Of a DNA stretch of 64,000 nucleotides, positions 20,220-30,776 are shown one piece after another. The stretch comes from Tortispora ganteri. Its lineage: Eukaryota. The DNA lies in NCBI GenBank assembly GCA_003707115.1, contig PPNB01000015.1, positions 62,001 to 126,000 on the forward strand, in the 5' to 3' direction. The notes under the pieces were generated by a model, which saw nothing but the letters and a program-made list of their open reading frames with translations, did not search any database and was not told the DNA's origin. Both the position numbers and the translations under genes were made by a program. Every line of letters begins with the position of its first letter. Within the stretch, counting starts at the first letter, position 1.

Positions 20220-21503
20220 TTAGTATCCAGCCGAGTGTTTACTTGCATAACTTGGTACATTCTGTTCCGATCTTTGCACATACGCAGAAGAGCCAGGTGA
20301 TTGAGAAGAAGGAGTTTTCTGTGCACCATCTTGATTCATCAAACTGAGAAGAAAAGCACGTTTAGAATTATCGTCGCTTTGTTTCTTGGGTATAGGCGGA
20401 ATGTATTCCTGTCGTGGTTCCGGAGGCGCAGACCTCTGCAAGTCAGAAGGCGGCTGACTGGTAGTCTGAGGTGATGGTACGGAGCCCGCAGGTACATTAC
20501 CGCCAGAGAGCATACTCAATAGTCTGTTTAGATTCTGTCTATTGCGTTCTGGGTCAGAATCACCAGGTGGGGGAATGTTTGGCTGTATGGGTTGGCCTGT
20601 AGGAAATGACTGCTGAGAGGTACCAGAAGCCGCTGCACCAAGAGTTGGAGGAGCTGCATAAAGACCTGGAGGAGCCGAAATTCCAGGGGGAGGAGATGAA
20701 AAAGATGAAGAATGCATAGGATAGTTGCGGCTACTAATTCCAGGAGGCGACGACGTATCTGGAGCATGTAGTCCTGGAGGAGGGCCATTATAAACCGCAG
20801 GTGGGCTTTGTAGTGATGAGGAACTGTATTGCACTTGCGATTGGTACGAATTCGTATTCGGGTTCGTATAATGAGAGATATCCTGTCTAATAGGGTATTG
20901 CACGGAGTAAGTATCATGGGCATGTTCGCGAGAATCGTTATAATAATTGGTAGAATACTGAGATCGGGCGGTATTTTGTAGGCCATGAAAACCATATATA
21001 GCAGATTGACCGCCGATAGATGTGTTTTCTGCTAGGTTCAGCTGATTAAATTGAGATCCAGATAAGAATGAGTTGTCTTCGACTGATAGCGTTTTATCAT
21101 CGTAAGATACCTGCTGTGAATCATTGGAAGGAAGAAGTCCACTAGCTTTTCTTTTATTAGCTTTCCATTGTTCGAATTTGTCAGTCATATCTTCGTGGCT
21201 AAAAAATTCCATTGGCCGTTGTAATGTTTCAGCAGATTCCATCATCCATTCTGGTTCTTCTTCACTATCCACATCTTCCACGTATTTATTATTTGAATCT
21301 TTTCGATTTGAAGTGTCCACGCGACCGTGACGTTTTTCATTTTCAGTTTGCTTCGGTCGACGCTGATTTGTAATCTCGGCCTGTTTCTTCCTTCTAGGTG
21401 GGGGATTACTCATGTCAATAGTGAACAAGCCAGCAGGCTTTTTGACCAAAGGCGACTTCCTTAGAAGTTTAAGGTCATCGACTTTGTATCTTATAATTGT
21501 CAT
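20220..21503 (-). CDS. Low-complexity Pro/Ser/Gln-rich protein, putative eIF4E-binding (Caf20/Eap1/4E-T-like)
   Basis: 427-aa ORF with N-terminal RYKVDDLKLLRKSPLV (YxxxxL-type), EEEPEWM, PPG repeats and short LLSML / FLLSLM helices. Confidence 0.55.
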   Translation of the reverse strand: MTIIRYKVDDLKLLRKSPLVKKPAGLFTIDMSNPPPRRKKQAEITNQRRPKQTENEKRHGRVDTSNRKDSNNKYVEDVDSEEEPEWMMESAETLQRPMEFFSHEDMTDKFEQWKANKRKASGLLPSNDSQQVSYDDKTLSVEDNSFLSGSQFNQLNLAENTSIGGQSAIYGFHGLQNTARSQYSTNYYNDSREHAHDTYSVQYPIRQDISHYTNPNTNSYQSQVQYSSSSLQSPPAVYNGPPPGLHAPDTSSPPGISSRNYPMHSSSFSSPPPGISAPPGLYAAPPTLGAAASGTSQQSFPTGQPIQPNIPPPGDSDPERNRQNLNRLLSMLSGGNVPAGSVPSPQTTSQPPSDLQRSAPPEPRQEYIPPIPKKQSDDNSKRAFLLSLMNQDGAQKTPSSQSPGSSAYVQRSEQNVPSYASKHSAGY

Positions 21504-21653
21504 TACCTCAACTTAGATTTATCTGACAATGTAAATGTCTTATTTTTTATTGAATAGTTTGCTGCTTAAGTTGTGAGTTGTTATCGGAAAGAGCTGTGTT
21601 AGCAGGCAAAAACTTAAATCTCAAAGCGTTTATAGAAGGTCATAAATTCGTAT

Positions 21654-24600
21654 CTAGATATATAAGGTAGAAAGAAACACAGGGTCAATTCCTAACCAGT
21701 TTTTTAAATCACCAGAATCAGATAACTTCAGCGATCGTAATCCAAATCGCTGGCGTTCTGTTCCGGTTAGGCTGGCTTCAATGTACGCCAAGAACCCATG
21801 CCTTTGTATCATGTCATTTCTAATAGGAGAAACGGCAAGTGCAGTCCAGAATATTTCCCGTATTAGTTTCATATTATCTTCGTTCAGAATTCCAGGTGAA
21901 ACATCAAGACTCATTAGTGTTTCGTAAATTTTGTTCCTTCTACAAAGCTCATAGTCTATAGGGCATCGCAGTCCTGACGCAAGAACTTGCAAATACCACG
22001 AGACTTTCGCTTCAAAATCTGTTGAGCTAGTCATAACAGCATGAAATAATGGAACATGAGAAACAGTGCCGCTCGCACCTCCTGTAACGTACGAAGACGC
22101 CATATCATACATACAATGAGAGCCGTCAAATATGACCTTAGATAAGTAGCCCAAGAAAACAGCTATTATAGTAGGGAACTCTTCGTCATTTTCTCGACTG
22201 TCAAGATACAAAGCTAAACTCTTCCTAAGAAGTAGTAAAATTGTCTTAGCGTCGTTAGATTTCAATTCACGAAGTTCTTCAATCATCTTTAAAACAATTC
22301 GGGCGCTGGTTTCAGAGATGCTAGTATCTTTATGAGAAAAGCACGCTAAAAGAATTCCAATGACGGTTTTCTGCACCAAGATACGTAGATACAGACTGTC
22401 ATTGCCTTGAATGCTTACAGCAATCGCTGGAACTAAAAAATTCAAGTCATAGCAGGAATGATTGACGCCTGAGATAGATTTCCATGCATCTACTGAATCA
22501 CTGAAGTCAAAGTACTCAGCAAAAGTCATTGATTCATGCGAAACAGTTATTGAGTAAGGCATAAATCGCCTTAGAGTGTTTTCCATGACAGATTCTTTTA
22601 AGACGATATTCACGGTATGCTGATTAATCTTCTTCGACAGTCTGTTACTTGGATCACTTTCATCATTAAACGAGACTCTCCCCACGTTATTCAACATACT
22701 ATTACCAGAAACGTTCTCCAGATGCTTGAGAACCTCATAAATTAGCAGATCATGTCCTCCAATAGTGCCATTATACAGTAATAGCAAAGATACACGTAAG
22801 TTATTGGATTTCCATAGTTCAGTGCTAGCAAAATATAGTCTGTGTATGATTGCTGCAATAGTAAAAAGTAAAGAATCACCATTTTCAAAGTCTTCAGTGT
22901 TAAATAGAAGTGGATTCAGATGGTTGTTGACAATCAAGTTAAGAGTGCTCTTATAATTGACTTCAACGCCACACACAATTTTCAGTACAGATTGTATCAC
23001 ATGAAAATTAGCTATCCATCTTTCACATGCCACAGTCAAGTATGCTTCAAGATTATTCTTAGGCAAAAAATCCCAACATTTTAATGAGTCAACAGTATCA
23101 AAGTAAGACATAAACAACTCTTTGTCTGAAATTTCGTCTGATTCAGATAATATTTTGGTCAATGTTAGCAAATTGGTGCAAACAAATTCAGTAATACGAT
23201 CTTTTATTAAAGGAAACCTTACTAATAGAAGTTGCAGAATATTGAACAAAGGTGAGGCAACATGATGACCAGAAAGTATAAACTCGAGCACAGCGAAAGC
23301 ATCTTCATCCGAAACAAGTTCAGCTAGAGAACTAAAAAGAGTGAAATGGAAATCAGTAGCTCTTCCTTTCCGTATAAGCGACACGCACAATTGAGCAGAA
23401 TATGTCATCAAGTTATTAATGAGGCTGTTATCAACAATCGGCAACAGTAATGAGCACAGTTCTAGTAAAAGAGCGTTTTCACATTGTTTTCTGACGACAT
23501 ATCCGACCCAAACATCACTCTCCGCGGCAAGAGAGTTCAATGTTGCTTTTTCCATGCGTGGAACAAGCAAACACAATAGTTTTAGATACGTTTCAGGGTA
23601 GTGTCGTAGTGTTTCTGATGCAATCAACCTTTGATAGATTTCAGAGTTGACAGATTTTGGTAAAAATGGTTCCAGAACTTGAAGAGAATCGTATGAAAAA
23701 CTGTCAAATGCAAGAAAAGTTTTCAGGTACAGTTGTTTCTCGCTTTCATCATATGAAGATCCTCTAGCAGATAATTCAGAAAGAGCGAGTACCCAAAACT
23801 CATAAGACTTGTTATTCTCAAGGTACTCTGAAAGTTTCTGGTTTGGAACCAATCGCAATAAAGCAGCAATTATATCAGAATGCTTTTTGAAAGAAACCAA
23901 TCCGGACAAAAACGCGTCGCAATAAGTAATGAACACATTCATGTTGTGTTTTGATTTTCCAGTAGCTGCATGGACAAGATCCAATATATTAAGTAGAACT
24001 TTTGAGTAGCTTGCAGTCAAGTCTTTAGGTAAAAGAAGCAAAGGGTGCCAAAACTCTTCATTGGACAATACCTCAAGAAAAGCATTGCCAGTGACTGATT
24101 TGAGAAGTGCATTAATCGACGAATAGTAATCTTCTTCGCATCTCATGCAGTACTTCAATATGGTATATCTGATTGCAATTAGCTCAATTGTATCTAAGCG
24201 CCACTTGGACTTGATAATCCTTTTCAGATCATGGCTAGTTGAAAATGCACATATAATTTGGAAAGCATCTTCATCAGTATTCTCCAAAACGTCCCACACA
24301 CTAATAATTCCAGGAGCAAGGAAGTAGTAAGCCTTTACAGAAGGAAACCTTTGGGGGATGCCAGTGCGCCATATATGCAAAGCTGTATGAAGGCTTTTAA
24401 ATGGGGCAATATCATAAGTGTCGACAAGCTGTTCAGCTAACCGAATAACAGAGCATTCAAGTTCCCCTATTAGACTGAAACAGCCTATAATTTTTGCCAC
24501 TGGTTCTGCAATGGCATCGTGTCCAGAGACAAAAAAACTGAGCTGCTCAACAAGAGCAAACAAGAATGGACTTATTTTTGATTCAATAACAGAGCTATCC

Positions 24601-26618
24601 ATCTGTTTTATTTCAGGAAGACTGATGACCTGATCCAGATACTTGTATGGAGATTGCTCAGCACGCATAACAGCCTGGTCCATCAAGAGCCAGAATTGAG
24701 TCTGGTCCTCCTTAGATAGTCCCTGGAAGGTAGACACACATGAGTATGTTAACATACTTTGGGGACTGAATGCCGGTCGACTCAAGAACAAGTTTGAATT
24801 TTCTGACAAATGGTTCAGCAAGTGCACAGTTTTATCGTACATATTATGATATGCTGCATTACTTACAGCCCCAGTCTTAAATTGGCAGGCAAATCTTAGA
24901 AGCACTGTAAACAGAGAGTTGGATCCTGGAAGTTTCGCATACCACTTATCGATACCTAAAGATTGTGATTGTGTGTGCAACAAGTCTTGTAAAAGAATTA
25001 TCTCAAAAAAAGATAGCTTATGAGACTGCATCTTTTCCAGCATGTATAACAATGTAGTAGAAAAGTCAGTTCCTGACAGTTCTTCTTCTAGCGGAAATAG
25101 CGTCATGTAAAGACCCATAGCTCTTGTAGCGGTAATGATTAATATCAAAGGCGGTGATTCGGTAGAAAATGATGTGATAGATTTCGAAAAGGATTGAGAG
25201 ATGACAGAAAATAATGGCAAACGTTGCATAACAAGAACAGTCAATTCTGTGGCTGTAGCGTCGGATGCAGGAAAATGCATAGAAAGCCATTCGTTAACGC
25301 GCGCAAGTTTTTTCAGTATTTGCACAATAAGCTGAAGAGTGAAATACCGTATAAGATTGTTTTGATTTTCTAGACCCTTAGTAAGGATAGCTCTGGTAAT
25401 AGAAGAGGGCGCTATAGACTCTACGATTGTAAGAGCAGATGGAGGCCGCAAGACGTTCTCTAAAGAGAATGCCTTTAGTGTAGATTCTTCTGGAATAGGA
25501 AGTGCAACAAGCTGAATTAGAGCATTAATTTGCGCAATCCATGCTATAGAGAGTTTCGGGTTCAACGAAAACATAGCGTTCGCTTCGGTAGAAAGCATCA
25601 ATGGCGCAACAATGTCCTGACATGTACGACATATATTGACAAATAACGCTATAGAATGTTCAGAATCAGCAAAACGTATACTTTTGGCAACTGTAAGAAG
25701 AGTACCATTGTATGAAGGAAAAGATTTCTTTGAAGGGTCAAGCTCAATAGCGCTTGGTGGGTACCAACCGTAATGGGGATACGGTAAAGAAGAGCAGCAA
25801 AGGTATAGCAGGAAGTGATGTGCAGCATCTGAAACTTTCAAAGATCCGCCTTCTATTTCATAAGAGTCAGTACGAGTGTACAAGCGTAAGAGGTGGATAA
25901 TGAGCCAGTCGTTAAAGATCTGCGACAATTCAGATCTCAAGTGGAATTCAGACAGTAAAACGGTAGTCTTAAATATGTAGAGAGTGTTGACGACAAAGTC
26001 AGGGGGATCTAAATATAGATACCTGAGTATCTGAATGTACAATTTTTTGTTTTTGAGCAATGATTTGGTTTGAGAAGCAGAAGAAGCGTTAGAAAGTAGA
26101 GCAAGTAAGAACGAGGAGAGTGCAAGTCTAGTCGTTGATTTGAATGAAGCAGCTGATTGCACTGAAGATACCGATTTCTGAGGAGCTAGTATGCTTCTTA
26201 ATGAGGGCAAAGAAAAATCAAAAGATGATATGAGAGAAGGACATAGTATACCAGAATCTAATGTCGCGATATCATGCAGCAGCATGGACGCAGAGTAGAT
26301 CGAAGCGTAATACTGAGACGTAAGAGCTTTGTGTACAATGCTTAGATGTTTATTGACAATTTCAGTAGCCAATGTAGTTTTAGCAGCATTTATAGGCTGA
26401 ATAGAGACACCGGAAAAAGAGAAATCATAAGCTAGAAATTGAGAGAAAGCTTTTAAACAGAGCGCTTGAGTTGCATGCGATTTGAAAGAAGTAGATGTCC
26501 AATAGTCGAGCAATTCGGACAGTTTACCTGAATCTATGAACAGTATAACATTATTAACTTGATTTTCAGATCTAATTTTTAGTAATGAAATCAAAGAATC
26601 AGCAAGATTATCAGACAT
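21654..26618 (-). CDS. URB1: Nucleolar pre-ribosomal-associated protein Urb1/Npa1
   Basis: 1654-aa helical protein with N-terminal FDFSLPSL...R, ESIAP...TRAILTKGL and PYKYLD, and C-terminal NopRA1-like YDLNFL and W.LQVLASGLR...DY. Confidence 0.8.
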   Translation of the reverse strand: MSDNLADSLISLLKIRSENQVNNVILFIDSGKLSELLDYWTSTSFKSHATQALCLKAFSQFLAYDFSFSGVSIQPINAAKTTLATEIVNKHLSIVHKALTSQYYASIYSASMLLHDIATLDSGILCPSLISSFDFSLPSLRSILAPQKSVSSVQSAASFKSTTRLALSSFLLALLSNASSASQTKSLLKNKKLYIQILRYLYLDPPDFVVNTLYIFKTTVLLSEFHLRSELSQIFNDWLIIHLLRLYTRTDSYEIEGGSLKVSDAAHHFLLYLCCSSLPYPHYGWYPPSAIELDPSKKSFPSYNGTLLTVAKSIRFADSEHSIALFVNICRTCQDIVAPLMLSTEANAMFSLNPKLSIAWIAQINALIQLVALPIPEESTLKAFSLENVLRPPSALTIVESIAPSSITRAILTKGLENQNNLIRYFTLQLIVQILKKLARVNEWLSMHFPASDATATELTVLVMQRLPLFSVISQSFSKSITSFSTESPPLILIITATRAMGLYMTLFPLEEELSGTDFSTTLLYMLEKMQSHKLSFFEIILLQDLLHTQSQSLGIDKWYAKLPGSNSLFTVLLRFACQFKTGAVSNAAYHNMYDKTVHLLNHLSENSNLFLSRPAFSPQSMLTYSCVSTFQGLSKEDQTQFWLLMDQAVMRAEQSPYKYLDQVISLPEIKQMDSSVIESKISPFLFALVEQLSFFVSGHDAIAEPVAKIIGCFSLIGELECSVIRLAEQLVDTYDIAPFKSLHTALHIWRTGIPQRFPSVKAYYFLAPGIISVWDVLENTDEDAFQIICAFSTSHDLKRIIKSKWRLDTIELIAIRYTILKYCMRCEEDYYSSINALLKSVTGNAFLEVLSNEEFWHPLLLLPKDLTASYSKVLLNILDLVHAATGKSKHNMNVFITYCDAFLSGLVSFKKHSDIIAALLRLVPNQKLSEYLENNKSYEFWVLALSELSARGSSYDESEKQLYLKTFLAFDSFSYDSLQVLEPFLPKSVNSEIYQRLIASETLRHYPETYLKLLCLLVPRMEKATLNSLAAESDVWVGYVVRKQCENALLLELCSLLLPIVDNSLINNLMTYSAQLCVSLIRKGRATDFHFTLFSSLAELVSDEDAFAVLEFILSGHHVASPLFNILQLLLVRFPLIKDRITEFVCTNLLTLTKILSESDEISDKELFMSYFDTVDSLKCWDFLPKNNLEAYLTVACERWIANFHVIQSVLKIVCGVEVNYKSTLNLIVNNHLNPLLFNTEDFENGDSLLFTIAAIIHRLYFASTELWKSNNLRVSLLLLYNGTIGGHDLLIYEVLKHLENVSGNSMLNNVGRVSFNDESDPSNRLSKKINQHTVNIVLKESVMENTLRRFMPYSITVSHESMTFAEYFDFSDSVDAWKSISGVNHSCYDLNFLVPAIAVSIQGNDSLYLRILVQKTVIGILLACFSHKDTSISETSARIVLKMIEELRELKSNDAKTILLLLRKSLALYLDSRENDEEFPTIIAVFLGYLSKVIFDGSHCMYDMASSYVTGGASGTVSHVPLFHAVMTSSTDFEAKVSWYLQVLASGLRCPIDYELCRRNKIYETLMSLDVSPGILNEDNMKLIREIFWTALAVSPIRNDMIQRHGFLAYIEASLTGTERQRFGLRSLKLSDSGDLKNWLGIDPVFLSTLYI

Positions 26619-26716
26619 TCTTGTTGGTTAGATATTATATTATTGATTTAATCGCTTCTTCGTGAGCTAGAAAAATGCATTTTTAGAGTTTCAAGGGTAA
26701 TTTTTACTTTTGGGAG

Positions 26717-26724
26717 TTACCCGG
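26717..26724. promoter_or_regulatory. Perfect Reb1 site TTACCCGG in the URB1 promoter
   Basis: Exact match to the S. cerevisiae Reb1 consensus about 100 bp upstream of the URB1 ATG. AGGGTAA also occurs at 26694-26700. Confidence 0.6.
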
Positions 26725-27242
26725 ATAAATGTAATTGACGTATAGTGTAACAGAGCTATATTATATTAATTCCTGAGCCTACTAAATGGTGTAAGTTGTA
26801 GAATATGTGTACTAGTATCATATTAGCCTTTAGATGGTTTTTTAATCGCTTAATAGAGTAAATGGGGTAAATATTGAGCCTTATGTAGAGTTAATGCTTA
26901 GCCAAGGCGGAATGCACAGACCAGACCCGTCATGGAGCACAGGGTACTGCCTGTTTGGGAAGTAACCCACAAGAGGCGATCTTTCTCCTTGGAGAGACCT
27001 CGCTATAATACATTTTCTGTTTAAACGGCTGGCGAACTCGATAAAAGCCAATAAAAGTGCAAACTTGATACATTCGCGGTAATTTATTGAGATAAAAATT
27101 CTTTGTCTTCTGTATACCCGTGTGCTTGTTAGATAGGTCATCTTACAGTTTTGAGAATCGCAGAAGTGGCTCTGACAAAGAAGCGAACGGTGCATTGACC
27201 TGAGCTGTACTGGTACTCACTCCACATTAACTCTCCAGTGAG

Positions 27243-27764
27243 ATGAGTAACAATAATGATACGAAATCAGAGTCTTTTGAAGAAATAAAGCAAAAAACCA
27301 CCCATGGAGTTGATCGAGAGACTATGGATGAGCACGATGCAGTTCGGGCCGATAACGAACCTTCCAATGACAAATATATTGAACTGACTTTGCTCTTCGT
27401 AGGCGGCGTTCGAACTAAGTTCAAGTTGAGTATGACGAAAATAAAGCATGAAAGTGTTCAAGGTGTCATCGATCCGGTTGATTTAACCGGAAAACAATTC
27501 AAACTGATACTAATTCAGAACTGGTCAAGTGGATGGGGTCCCGTGCCGGCAGTGCCAGAGCAAATACGGCTCATTCATCTCGGAAAAGTTGTGGAAGACG
27601 CACAAACATTAAAAATGGTTGGTATAACGGAAGATTCCTTATTCAAGGCTATTCATGTTGCTACTAGACCGGAATCTGCAATCACATCGGTCGAGAGTGC
27701 TAATGCAGGCTACAAAACAAAGGAGCGACAAAATTCTCAAGCTTGCTGTTGCATAGTTTCTTGA
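27243..27764 (+). CDS. Membrane-anchored ubiquitin-fold protein (MUB/UBL3-like) with CAAX box
   Basis: Ubl-like core W...WGPVP....QIRLIHLGKVVED..TL and a C-terminus ending ACCCIVS*. Confidence 0.8.
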   Translation: MSNNNDTKSESFEEIKQKTTHGVDRETMDEHDAVRADNEPSNDKYIELTLLFVGGVRTKFKLSMTKIKHESVQGVIDPVDLTGKQFKLILIQNWSSGWGPVPAVPEQIRLIHLGKVVEDAQTLKMVGITEDSLFKAIHVATRPESAITSVESANAGYKTKERQNSQACCCIVS

Positions 27765-27933
27765 TAATCAAAGACAAATAATTTTGGTAATGGAAAAGAT
27801 GTGATATAGTATTAGCATTATAAGTTGAGTATGAAATGTAGAGAACGCGCGCGCGCAGTACGCTTAGCATTAGAACATCTAGTGGTTTTTTTTCCCCCAG
27901 GGGTGTATATGACTTATTTTCTAGGCTACCGTA

Positions 27934-28359
27934 CTACAACCTCATTACCCGTTCCATTCTAGTGTGGAAATCTTCTTCGTATCCGATCTCGTCCGGATAG
28001 ATGTCTTCCCAGTCGGTTCTGGAATCATTGCCTGTCAGAATGTCGCGGTGTATGCTAGGTAGGTTCTGTGCTAGTCCCATTTTCTGGTCCATTTCATCGA
28101 CAATCTTGAGTTCAAATTGTCTTCTAAGTGGTTCACCAACACCGTAGACATTTCGCTGAACTTGAAGCTTCTGTTCTGCTTGCTGAGCTTCCCAGTTTTG
28201 CAGTCTCGCTTCTAGGGGATGATGATTGTTCAACGAAGGCGCTAACGGTTGTGGAGCCAATCGACCGCCAGCAGACGGACCGGTGCCCGTCGACGTGTAC
28301 GCCTTCGGCCTGTTTTCATCGTTTTCAAAATCGAATCCTACTCTTACTTGGTCTTTCAT
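27934..28359 (-). CDS. UMP1: Proteasome maturation factor Ump1
   Basis: HPLEARLQNWE, YGVGEPLRRQFE and SIHRDILTGND...DWEDIY. Confidence 0.92.
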   Translation of the reverse strand: MKDQVRVGFDFENDENRPKAYTSTGTGPSAGGRLAPQPLAPSLNNHHPLEARLQNWEAQQAEQKLQVQRNVYGVGEPLRRQFELKIVDEMDQKMGLAQNLPSIHRDILTGNDSRTDWEDIYPDEIGYEEDFHTRMERVMRL

Positions 28360-28455
28360 TGTCAGCTGGGTATCTTTAGGTGGGGGGAGTGGTGAACTGT
28401 AAGATTGCCTTCCTGGTTAGTTGTCAGGTGGGACATTCCCTCTTCTCGAAAGTGC

Positions 28456-29487
28456 ATGGATCCAGACGATATCGCTGGGTTGGTAATTGCAGCATACCTG
28501 AACCTTCCTAAAAAGGGAAAACCTGTGACGAGATCGGATGGTACTAAAGAATCTACTGTAGTAGCCGGTATAGTGCTAGAAAGTGCAGAACTCACACAAT
28601 GTATAGTAGTCACAACTGGCATCAAGGCCCAACCTGCTAATCAGCTAGAACACAGAGTTCACGACTCTCACGCTGAGATTCTAGCAATCAGAGCATTCAA
28701 TTTATATCTATTACTAAAACCCAAACTGTTAGATACAATTAAAACAGCAAAAGTGCATCTATATGTCTCTGAAATGCCATGCGGTGATGCAAGCATGTCT
28801 CTCGTTGCTAACAGATCAGCCTCATCAGAAAAATGGTTAGCCGCAGACTCTCTTGGAAAGGAATCGATAGCAAGAGGACGTGCAAACTTTTCAAGACTGG
28901 GAATCGTACGAACCAAGCCTGGACGACCAGATTCACCTGTTACTTACTCGAAGTCTTGCTCCGACAAACTCGCGCGGTATCAGTACTTATCACTTATACG
29001 TTCTTTCGTATCTCCAATTTGCGATCCTATATACTTATATTCACTAATTGTACCTAAAGATCAAATATGGGAGACAGATGTGCATCGTTGCTGGACAGAG
29101 CGTCTGGAAAGCTTGCCGAGCGCCAATGGTGCTTATGGGCTACATCCATTTAAGGTTCACGGAACCAGTCTCACGATACCTAATATGTCTCAATTAGTTG
29201 ATTCGCCTTTATGTCCGTGTTCTATTGTTTTTATAGACGGAGTAGGACATGAAGTGCTTATTAAGGGTCGGCAGATGGGATCGACAAAACCCTCAATGTT
29301 AGCCAATGAGCAACTAATGAGTACTGCCATATCTATGTACCCTCACATATACAGTCAATTCCACACATATAAGGAATTTAAAGCAAGTCTAATCCAGCGA
29401 AATGAAGCAAAAAGAAAAGTTGACGAAGTTCTAAAATGGTTTCATGGGTCTGCACCTGACTTTACACTCGTTACCCCAGATTCCTAA
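28456..29487 (+). CDS. TAD1: tRNA-specific adenosine-37 deaminase Tad1
   Basis: HDSHAEILAIRAF, PCGDAS, VRTKPGRPDS and SKSCSDKL. First ATG is at 28456. Confidence 0.9.
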   Translation: MDPDDIAGLVIAAYLNLPKKGKPVTRSDGTKESTVVAGIVLESAELTQCIVVTTGIKAQPANQLEHRVHDSHAEILAIRAFNLYLLLKPKLLDTIKTAKVHLYVSEMPCGDASMSLVANRSASSEKWLAADSLGKESIARGRANFSRLGIVRTKPGRPDSPVTYSKSCSDKLARYQYLSLIRSFVSPICDPIYLYSLIVPKDQIWETDVHRCWTERLESLPSANGAYGLHPFKVHGTSLTIPNMSQLVDSPLCPCSIVFIDGVGHEVLIKGRQMGSTKPSMLANEQLMSTAISMYPHIYSQFHTYKEFKASLIQRNEAKRKVDEVLKWFHGSAPDFTLVTPDS

Positions 29488-29593
29488 AGCCGCGCACTGC
29501 AGGCAGTCCCAAAGTTGACACAACCCTTGTACACACACACACCTGGCTTTCATAGTCATTCACCATTGAACGCGTTCAGATAATCAAGGATCG

Positions 29594-30202
29594 ATGTCTT
29601 CGTTAGCTGCTGTAGCAGTTTCAACTTTTCCAGAAATTACAGATGATTTGGCATGTGATATAAAGCGTAGCATGCTCCTGGTGAAGAGCGTGGATGAAGA
29701 AATATCGCGATTATCGATCGAGAGACACAACATCGCTCAGAAGATAAAGAATCGCTCGGAAGACGCGCAATTACGCTCTGAATTACGCACAATCGCAAAG
29801 AGAATCAACACTTTAAGAAGTACAAGCATTTTGGAATCTGAAAATATCAAAGTGAAGTGTGCTCTGGCCGCAGAGAAAATAAAGCATGAACTTAGATGGA
29901 CAGAGGATCAACTGAGGGAACACAAAAAGGGTAACATTGTCGACCCGCCATCCTCTATATCAAGGGTCACCACAAGGACTCTACGAGCGAGAGCACCTTC
30001 TACATTAGAAGCCAACGAATCCTATTGTCTCTGTGGCCAAGGTTCTTACGGAGAAATGGTTGCCTGCGACTATCCTAAATGTAAGAGGGAATGGTTTCAC
30101 CTTGAGTGTGTGGGACTCAATTCGGCGCCCAAAACGAAGAAATGGTATTGTCCGGAATGCAAACATAAAGCACAGAAACACAAGAATCAAAGAAAACGGT
30201 GA
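29594..30202 (+). CDS. ING-family PHD-finger protein (Yng1/Yng2/Pho23-like)
   Basis: N-terminal coiled coil plus PHD finger YCLCGQGSYGEMVACD...CKREWFHLECVGL...WYCPEC. Confidence 0.88.
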   Translation: MSSLAAVAVSTFPEITDDLACDIKRSMLLVKSVDEEISRLSIERHNIAQKIKNRSEDAQLRSELRTIAKRINTLRSTSILESENIKVKCALAAEKIKHELRWTEDQLREHKKGNIVDPPSSISRVTTRTLRARAPSTLEANESYCLCGQGSYGEMVACDYPKCKREWFHLECVGLNSAPKTKKWYCPECKHKAQKHKNQRKR

Positions 30203-30242
30203 TAAGAGCATAAAAGAATCCGGATTTATTGCCTTCACAGCC

Positions 30243-30776
30243 TCAATCGGAATCCGATTCTGAAGGAGTGCCGGCATCTTCGTCAACGCCTTCGGCCGCA
30301 GGCGGCGGAGGAGGCGGAATACTCGGACCACTCCCAAGCAATATGGCCATTTCTGCGTCCTGAAGAATCTTTCGTGCTCCTTTAGTGGTAGGATAAGCGA
30401 TATCTATGGGCTTTTGACCCTGTTTATTCTTGATTCTGATATTTGATCCTGCTTCTACAAGAAGCTCTACCGCAGCGGTGCCCTCTTCAGGATTGGTGTT
30501 GGCAGCATCTACTGCCAAATGCAGTGGGGTATTGCCTTCAATTGGCTCTACGGGATCAACTTCTACCCCAGGTTGATCAAGAAGCATGTCTAGTGCTGAA
30601 AGCGCACCGTACTTGGCAGCCAGATGAATGGCTGACAAGCCTATGGGGTTTCTGCTTGTGTTTATAAGTTGTGCGACGTCATCGGCTTCTCCAAAGACTT
30701 CTTCTAGTAAATCAGTATTATCTCTGCGAGCAGCTTCGCATAGTATTTCACCTAATCCGGCTCCGTCCTCTGACAT
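30243..30776 (-). CDS. Ankyrin-repeat protein (YCR051W-like)
   Basis: EAARRDNTDLL, G.SAIHLAAKYG, GNTPLHLAV, followed by an acidic/Pro-rich tail. Confidence 0.82.
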   Translation of the reverse strand: MSEDGAGLGEILCEAARRDNTDLLEEVFGEADDVAQLINTSRNPIGLSAIHLAAKYGALSALDMLLDQPGVEVDPVEPIEGNTPLHLAVDAANTNPEEGTAAVELLVEAGSNIRIKNKQGQKPIDIAYPTTKGARKILQDAEMAILLGSGPSIPPPPPPAAEGVDEDAGTPSESDSD

